Below are positions 63,261 through 64,000 of a stretch of DNA of 64,000 bases, piece by piece. The translations under genes were made by a program, and so were the position numbers. Source of the stretch: Eledone cirrhosa (taxonomy: Eukaryota); NCBI GenBank assembly GCA_964016885.1, contig OZ024741.1:412238001-412302000 (forward strand). The letters run 5' to 3'. The first letter of the stretch is position 1; every line of letters starts with the position of its first letter. A model generated the notes under the pieces. That model saw only the letters and a list, made by a program, of their open reading frames with translations. It made no database searches and was not told where the DNA came from.

Positions 63261-64000
63261 GATTATATAGTACATTCTCTCCCGTGGAATTATATATTTT
63301 GCGGAAATTAAATGTCTAATTGTCTGCGATAATTTTACATATATGTCTATAGTTCGAAATAGAAATGCGTCAAAATGATAACAGAGATAACTTAATTATT
63401 AACTGTCCTATCTCAAAAACTTTCCCCTTAATAAAATCTATCTCGCAATTAACGTTTCTACAGATAAAATGATTAAAATACAGTTTCTCCCTTTCTAAAA
63501 ATATAAATATATATCGCGGCATTCTTCGCTTCTTACACAAACTAATCACAACTGTAAACCAGACACAGACCGTTAATCTGAAACCAATCCGACCGCCACC
63601 CCAAACCAACTAGACGAAAACTTAAAATACCCAAACAGTAATAACATCGCCACTTATCTTAACCACCGGAACAACGGCCTGCAATACAAGTACTACAAAG
63701 TAGCACGCCATGATTATTCAACAAGACAAAAACAAACTTAAAATCATCAGCCCCAACTTCACCCACGTATTTTCACGCGCAATTCAAGTAAACGGTCGTT
63801 CAACTAACATGTTAATCTGCCTAGTATCTTCAATTCTTTGTCGTGCTTATCAAACCGACATTGCATATTTACAAAGGGTTATCGGAAAGCTCAATGTTAC
63901 AGTGTTACATACATAATGTCATGTACATACTTTCATACACGTGTTTAGATATATATACATGTATGTATATATCTACGTATGTGTGAAAATACACTACACC

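Overview
Eukaryotic (animal; TTAGGG telomere, probably mollusc/cephalopod-like by repeat content, which is inference) repeat-dense window with five blocks. (1) 1-29.8 kb: a 30-bp satellite with nested higher-order duplications. Its giant ORFs are most likely artefacts, and the monomer appears to derive from the 3' end plus splice donor of an adjacent minus-strand host exon (29806-29886), which joins in frame to a second candidate exon (32704-32889). (2) 29.9-38.3 kb: AT-rich, probably intronic DNA whose (TA)n tracts hold small insertions: RTE-LINE fragments, MITE-like elements, long inverted repeats and a cluster of type I hammerhead-ribozyme motifs. Two of these ribozymes lie in diverged copies of a ~600-bp non-coding Penelope-pLTR/retrozyme-like element, one with a partial tandem repeat. 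(3) 38.3-50.1 kb: a head-to-tail stack of minus-strand RTE-clade LINEs, including two near-identical intact copies (APE + RT with an inserted PHD-type finger; 4040-bp period). (4) 50.3-56.5 kb: a G-rich 28-bp minisatellite running into a 200-N scaffold gap. (5) After the gap: ~4.7 kb of (CCCTAA)n, a (CCCCAA)n variant zone and a palindromic subtelomere, i.e. a chromosome end placed internally in the scaffold. All alignments and folds were done by eye; no database searches were run.
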